32,000 nucleotides of DNA from the NCBI RefSeq assembly GCF_000011065.1, contig NC_004663.1:2877412-2909411 (forward strand). Reading direction: 5' to 3'. A model generated the notes under the pieces. The model worked only from the letters and a program-made list of their open reading frames with translations. It was not told the DNA's origin and searched no databases. The stretch is from Bacteroides thetaiotaomicron VPI-5482. GTDB lineage: Bacteria; Bacteroidota; Bacteroidia; Bacteroidales; Bacteroidaceae. A program made the translations under genes and the position numbers. Shown one piece after another: positions 25,902-32,000 of the stretch (its first letter is position 1; every line of letters begins with the position of its first letter).

Positions 25902-28900
25902 TAAAAAGGCGCATCTCAGGGACAATATAGAGGCAATCCGGCTGATGTTCCGTTTGGAGAAGGAACAGCGCACCGCCACACCGGAGGAAGCGGGCATACT
26001 CGCCGCCTACTCCGGGTTCGGAGGTATCAAGGCGGTTCTTTCCCCTTTCGGGAAACTCACCGACATACTCCGCTGGACACAGGCCGACCGTGAACTGTTC
26101 CCCCTGATTACGGAACTTCACAACGTCCTGCGTGACGGAGCAGCTGACGAGCGTGAGTACAGGAGGCTGGTGGAAAGCGTGAAGGCATCCACCTTTACCG
26201 CTTTCTACACGCCGCCGGCGATTGTCAATGCCATTGCCTCTTCTTTGGGCGAACACGGAGTGTCGCCCGGCCGTTTTCTCGATCCTTCATCGGGAACCGG
26301 CAATTTTGTCTCGGCCTTCCGATCGCAATGCCACTCCGCATCCGGCAACACTCCCGAAATTGTTGCCTATGAAAAGGATTTGCTTACCGGCCGCATCCTT
26401 GCCCGGCTCCATCCCGAAGCGCAGGTCAATATCAAGGGCTTCGAGGAGTTGCCCCCGCACCGTAACGGCTATTTCGACGTGGTGAGCAGCAACATCCCCT
26501 TCGGTGACATACGTGTTTTCGATCCCTCCTTCGACAACGGCACGGCCAGGCGTTTTGCGCTGAACAGCCTGCACAACTATTTCTTCGCCAAAGGGCTGGA
26601 TGCCGTCCGTGAGGGAGGAGTCCTCGCCTTCATCACCTCACAGGGGGTGATGAACTCCGCTATGGCCTATCCCGTAAGGCAATACCTGATGAACCGATCC
26701 CGGCTGTTATCGGCTGTCCGCCTGCCCAACAACCTCTTTACCGACTATGCCGGTACGGAGGTGGGCAGCGACCTGATCATCTTGCAGAAGGACACGCTTT
26801 CCCAAAGGGAATATACGTCACTCGAACGGTCTTTCGTGGAAGTCGGCACGCAGACCGACGGGACGACGCAGAACGAGTATTTCGAGCATACCGCCGCCAT
26901 CGTGCATACACGTGGCCATGTCGGTACCGATCCCTACGGCAAGCCGGCACGCATCTACCTGCATGACGGGGGTATGGAAGCCATCGCCGCCGACATGAAG
27001 TATTTCCTTGACCGCAACCTCTCGGAACAGCTCGATCTGGACTTGTATCTCCGCCATTCACCCGTGCAGGAGTTCCGCAATCTGGTGAGCCGTCCGGCGG
27101 AAACCATGCAGCAACGCATCGCACAGGTGCGGGAAATCAACCGGTCCGGTAACATGAACGGACATTCCACTTCTACGGATCGACAGACGATACAGGTGGA
27201 GCGTCGGACTTCCACGCCGGAGCAGCCCTCAACGGATGCCCGGCCAACCGCCGCAAAGACCACGCCGGAGCCGGTCATGTCCCTGTACGACCTTTTCGGC
27301 TTCACACAAGAGGAGCGTTCACAGGTCAGGAAAAGGAAAACAAGGAGCACGAAGAAGGACTCCGGGCAGTTGTCCCTTTTCGATATGCCACCGTTGGAGC
27401 AACATCCCGCCCCGGCCGAACCGACTCCCCAAGAGAAAGAGCGGCAGGAGCGGGAACGGCAGGAACAGGAACGCCGCCGGCAGGAGGAAGAGGCCGCACG
27501 GCAGGAACGCATGAAGCCCCGTCCTTATCCGGCCGGCCTGCATGGACACCACCGCAACGGCTCCCTTGTGGACGATGACGGGCAGATAGGCTACCTCTCC
27601 GCCATTGGCGGGGCTGCACCGGTATTCAACCCGTTGGATCTGCCCGAACGCCAGCGACGCCGTGCGTCGCTCTACATCGAGATACGTGACACCTACCATC
27701 ACCTGTACGAGAACGAGGCGGCCGCCCATGCCGCAAATCCGGCGTTGCGCACCATGCTCAACACTCTTTACGATGACTTCATCCGTCAGTTCGGCAATCT
27801 GAACGACAGGAAGAACATCGACCTGTTCCGCATGGATGCGGGCAACCGTGAGATATTGTCGCTGGAACGTTACATCGACGGCCGGGCGGTCAAGGCCGAC
27901 ATCTTCGACCATCCCGTTTCGTACAACATCAACGAGATCACCCATACCGATGACGTGCACGAGGCGCTCACCGCCTCGCTCAACAAGTACGGCAACGTGG
28001 ACATGGCGTACATGGAGTCCCTGACCGACAAATCGCAATCTGACTTGTTGGAGGAACTGCGTGGACGGATATTTTACAATCCCCTCTCGAAGAACTACGA
28101 GATTGCCGACCGTTTCATTTCCGGCAACGTCATGGCCAAGGCCGAACACATCGAGGAATATTTGCAGTCGCATCCCGACAACGGCGAGGCACGTATTTCC
28201 CTCGAAGCCCTGCGGCAGTCGCTTCCCGCGCCCATACCTTTCGAGGATCTGGATTTCAATTTCGGCGAGCGTTGGATACCGGCGGGAGTGTACAGCCGCT
28301 ACGCCTCATGGCTGTTCGACACGGACGTGTCCGTCCGTTATACCGCCAGCAGTGACGAATACAGCATCAGGGCCGACATGACCTCCCCACGCATCATGAA
28401 CCAATATTCGGTGCGTTCGGAAAGCCGCATCTTCAACGGCATCGCCCTTATGCGCCATGCCATCCACAACACCACGCCCAACATCACCAAGACCGTATTG
28501 GACAAGACGGGCAAGGAAATGAAGATACGTGATCCGGAGGTTACCCTGCTTGCCAACAGCAAGATTGACGAGATCCGTAACGGCTTCTCCGACTGGCTCA
28601 TGGAACAGTCGCCGGAGTTCAAGCGGAAAATGGCGGACATGTACAACCGCAAGTTCAACTGCTTCGTCCGTCCCAAGTACGACGGATCGCACCAGAGCTT
28701 TCCCGGTCTTGACCTCAAGGGGCTGGGCATTCCCGACCTGTATCCCAGCCAGAAGGACTGCATCTGGATGCTCAAGCAGAACGGAGGGGGGATCGCCGAT
28801 CACGAGGTGGGTGGCGGCAAGACGCTCATCATGTGCTGTGCCGCCTACGAGATGAAGCGTCTGGGACTGGCGAACAAGCCCCTTATCACCGGCCTGAAGG

Positions 28901-31617
28901 CGAACATCCACGAGATCGCACAGACCTTCGCCACCGCCTACCCGAACGCCAAAGTCCTCTATCCCGGCAAGGAGGACTTCACGCCGGAGCGCCGTGTCGA
29001 GATTTTCCACCGGATGAAGAACAACGACTGGGACGCCATCATCCTCTCGCACGAGCAGTTCGGCATGATACCGCAGTCCCCCGAAATCCAGCGTGACATC
29101 CTGCAACAGGAACTGGACAGTGTGGAAGAGAACCTCGAAGTCCTCTACCAGCAGGGTGCGGAAGTGAGCAACGCACAGATCAAGGGCATGGAGAAACGCA
29201 AGATGAACCTTGAGGTCAGGCTGAAAGAGCTGCTCCACGAGATCGAAACCCGCAAGGACGATGTGGCGGACTTCAAGCGCATGGGCATCGACCACCTCTT
29301 TGTCGATGAGAGCCACCGGTTCAAGAACCTGATGTTCACCACCCGGCACGACCGTGTGGCAGGTCTGGGCAACAGCGAGGGCAGCCAGCGTGCGCTCAAC
29401 ATGCTCTTCGCCCTGCGCACCATCCAGCAGCGCACCGGCAAGGATCTGGGAGCCACCTTCCTGTCGGGAACCACCATTTCCAACTCGCTGACCGAGCTGT
29501 ACCTGCTCTTCAAGTACCTGCGCCCCCGGGAATTGGAGCGTCAGGGGATCAACTCCTTTGACGCATGGGCGGCGGTGTTTGCCCGGAAGTCCGTCGATTA
29601 CGAGTTCTCCGTCACCAACGAGGTGGTGCAGAAAGAGCGTTTCCGCTACTTCATCAAGGTTCCGGAACTCGCTTCGTTCTATTCCGAGATCACCGACTTC
29701 CGTACCGCAGCCGACATCGGCATCGACCGTCCGGAGAAGAACGAGATACTGCACAACATACCCCCGACGCCCGACCAGAGGGAGTTCATACAGAAGCTCA
29801 TCGAGTTCGCCAAGACCGGCAATGCCACCGTACTGGGCCGCCCGCCACTGAACGAGAGGGAAGAGAAGGCGAAGATGCTCATCGCCACCGACTACGCCCG
29901 GAAGATGTCGCTCGACATGCGGCTCATCGATCCGCTCTCCTACGGCGACGACAAGGACAACAAGGCCACCCATTGCGCCGATATGATTGCGAAGTATTAC
30001 AATAAATACGCCGGGCATAAAGGCACTCAGTTCGTTTTCTCGGACTTGGGAACCTACAAGCCCGACCAGTGGAATCCGTACAGCGAGATCAAGCGCAAGC
30101 TGGTGGAGGATCACGGCATCCCCGAAGACCAGATACGTTTCATTCAGGAAGCCAAGACCGAGAAGAAGCGCAAGGCGATGATCGAGGCGATGAACGAGGG
30201 AAAGATACGTGTTCTCTTCGGCTCTACTGAAATGCTGGGCACGGGAGTCAACGCCCAGAAGCGGTGTGTAGCCATCCATCATCTCGACGCACCGTGGCGG
30301 CCTTCGGACTTGCAGCAGCGGGACGGCCGGGGCATCCGAAAGGGCAACGAGGTGGCCAAACTCTATGCGGACAACAAGGTGGACGTGATAATCTACGCCG
30401 TGGAGAAGTCGCTTGACAGCTACAAGTTCAACCTGCTTTACAACAAGCAGCTTTTCATCACCCAGCTCAAGCAGAACAACATGGGTTGCCGTACCATCGA
30501 CGAGGGAGGCATGGACGAGAAGGGAGGCATACCTTTCTCAGAGTACGTAGCGGTGCTTTCCGGAAATACCGACCTGCTCGACAAGGCACGGTTGGAGAAG
30601 CGGATTGCCGGCATGGAAGGGGAGCGCAAGGCCTTCCAGCGTGGCAAGGGGGAATCACGCATCAAACTGGAAACTTTCCTGGCGAACCGGGCAAGCAACG
30701 ATGACATCATCGCCCGTGTCAGGAAGGACAAGGCCGCCATCGAGAGCCGTATGCAGTACGACAAGGAGGGCAACAGGCTCAACCCCTTGAAGATTGACGG
30801 CGTGGCAGGCGATGATCCGAAAGTGATTGCCGCCAAGCTCCACGAGATAGAGGACAGGGAACGCACGCACGGCCAGCCGAAAGTCATCGGCTCGCTCTAT
30901 GGCTTCGACATCGTTGTCAAGACCGACACCACCGTCAAGGACGGTCTGGACTTCTGCGAGAACCGTTTCTTCGTGCGAGGTGAAGGCAACTTCCTCTACA
31001 ACTATAACAACGGCCGCTTGGCGGTCGATCCGAAAACCGCCTGCCAGAACTTCATCAACGCCTTCGACAGCATCCCCCGCCTGATAGAGAAATACACGAG
31101 GGACAACGAAGCCATTGAGAAGGAACTCCCCGTCCTGGAACAGGTCGTCGGGGAAGTCTGGAAAAAGGAGGACGAGCTGAAGCAGCTCAAGGCCGACCTT
31201 GCCGCTCTCGACCGCAAGATCCTGCTCTCCCTCAAATCAGTGGATGCGCAGGAAAAAAGCACCGACGGAGTAATCGAAGTCGTGCCCTCCCAACCGGTAA
31301 CGCCCGACGGACAGGATAACGCCCCCGCCGCCGGCATACCCGTCGCCGATGCTCCGCCCGGCAGTTCCTCACCGGGCAGTGTCCCCACACAGGACACGCC
31401 CCCTGCCGAGCCTTATGTCCACCGGATGCCCGACTTCCTCGCCGACAGGCAGCGCACTCCGCCCAAACTAAGCGGAATGCCCAAAAGCATCAGCATCAAA
31501 GAGGCAATGGGAGCGCCCGGCGGCAAGCTCGTCATCGGAGGCGTCCCCAAGTCCGGCAACAAGGACGATCCCGATCCTGACCGGCCCGAAAAGCCCAAAC
31601 CCAAGCTGAAGTTATAG
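25891..31617 (+). CDS. N6-adenine DNA methyltransferase fused to an SNF2/DEAD-like helicase (giant CTn protein)
   Basis: 1908 aa. MTase motif I is [10 protein letters not shown] and motif IV-like is SNIPFGD. A charged linker reads [27 protein letters not shown]. Helicase motifs are [13 protein letters not shown] and QQRDGRGIR. The C-terminal tail is Pro/Lys-rich. Confidence 0.85.
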
Positions 31618-31644
31618 CTCCTGTAACCGAAGCCATAAAAACAA

Positions 31645-31690
31645 CCCCACTCCGCCGGCTTCCCATGAAACAGCGGAGTGGGGTTTTATA
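31645..31690 (+). terminator. Rho-independent terminator of the methylase/helicase gene
   Basis: 11-bp stem ccccactccgc / gcggagtgggg with a 17-nt loop, followed by ttttata. It begins 28 nt after the stop codon. Confidence 0.7.
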
Positions 31691-31703
31691 CTATACAGAC
31701 AAC

Positions 31704-31744
31704 CGACATTTTACCGCCGTAAAATTTACGGCGGTAAAATGTCG
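31704..31744. repeat. Perfect 41-nt palindrome (20-bp arms)
   Basis: cgacattttaccgccgtaaa-a-tttacggcggtaaaatgtcg. All 20 arm positions pair, checked by hand. Confidence 0.9.
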
Positions 31745-31819
31745 ATTTCCCTGAAGTTAAAAAAACATATATTATTCCTTATATATACTCAAATCCTTGT
31801 TTAAAACAAAAGAAGTATC

Positions 31820-31890
31820 TATATTTGCAGTGTCATCGCTCGAAGAACGAAGGACTTGGTTGCCCGCATTACCGTAAATGCGGTTTTTTT
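31820..31890 (+). ncRNA. Candidate short transcript: Bacteroides-type -7 box followed by a hairpin and T7 terminator
   Basis: TATATTTG (31820-31827) fits the TAnnTTTG consensus, with cTTGt about 20 nt upstream. The stem ccgcatt / aatgcgg (31864-31883) is followed by ttttttt (31884-31890). There is no ORF. Confidence 0.3.
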
Positions 31891-32000
31891 ATGCCCTTAT
31901 TTTTCCCTGTTTATATATTTGTTTTGGTAATAAGGTTGATTATCGCAATCAACACAAAATCCTGTAATTAATGCGTAATCCGGTTGTATGTATTCAACTA

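Noticed and set aside
27319-30282. Long minus-strand ORFs (284 aa and 658 aa) inside the methylase/helicase gene
   Set aside because: They are antisense to an ORF with ordered MTase and helicase motifs. Their translations are Val/Leu/Gly/Arg-rich with no motifs, so they are shadow ORFs.
1-32000. CRISPR arrays, rRNA or tRNA genes
   Set aside because: I found no regularly spaced direct repeats and no cloverleaf-like or rRNA-like segments. The right-hand non-coding end (31618-32000) contains only hairpins and an AT-rich sequence.

Overview
This window looks like part of a Bacteroidota (Bacteroidales-type) conjugative transposon/ICE carrying a large cargo insertion. Backbone genes: a ParA/TraA-like ATPase (7-765, -), a repeat-rich candidate oriT, and a mobilization operon (accessory protein, relaxase, type IV coupling protein; 1565-5271, +). 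Further right are a DUF3945-like protein, topoisomerase III, a DUF1896-like protein and a 1908-aa N6-methylase/SNF2-type helicase fusion (21941-31617, +). Everything between (about 5.3-21.3 kb) is on the minus strand except one AraC gene. The main finding is a complete diversity-generating retroelement (DGR). It comprises an RT with the DGR-type IGxxxSQ and YVDD motifs (9556-10740), a 190-bp template repeat (10915-11104), an Avd-like four-helix protein, a MutS-domain-I-like accessory ORF, and a variable repeat (12325-12514). The VR forms the last ~63 codons of an 888-aa lipoprotein. TR and VR differ at 30 positions, 26 of them at TR adenines on the coding strand. The target is the last gene of a type V pilus-like (fimbrillin) operon. 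The promoter region of that operon, together with a divergent AraC gene, is bracketed by two recombinase-core-like sites with inverted 7-bp spacers. These sit next to a tyrosine recombinase gene that has an in-frame TGA. Directly downstream of the RT is a tightly packed GNAT-like / PAPS-reductase (IbrA-like) / ParB-like (IbrB-like) module of unknown role. All family assignments come from motifs read by eye; no database search was run.
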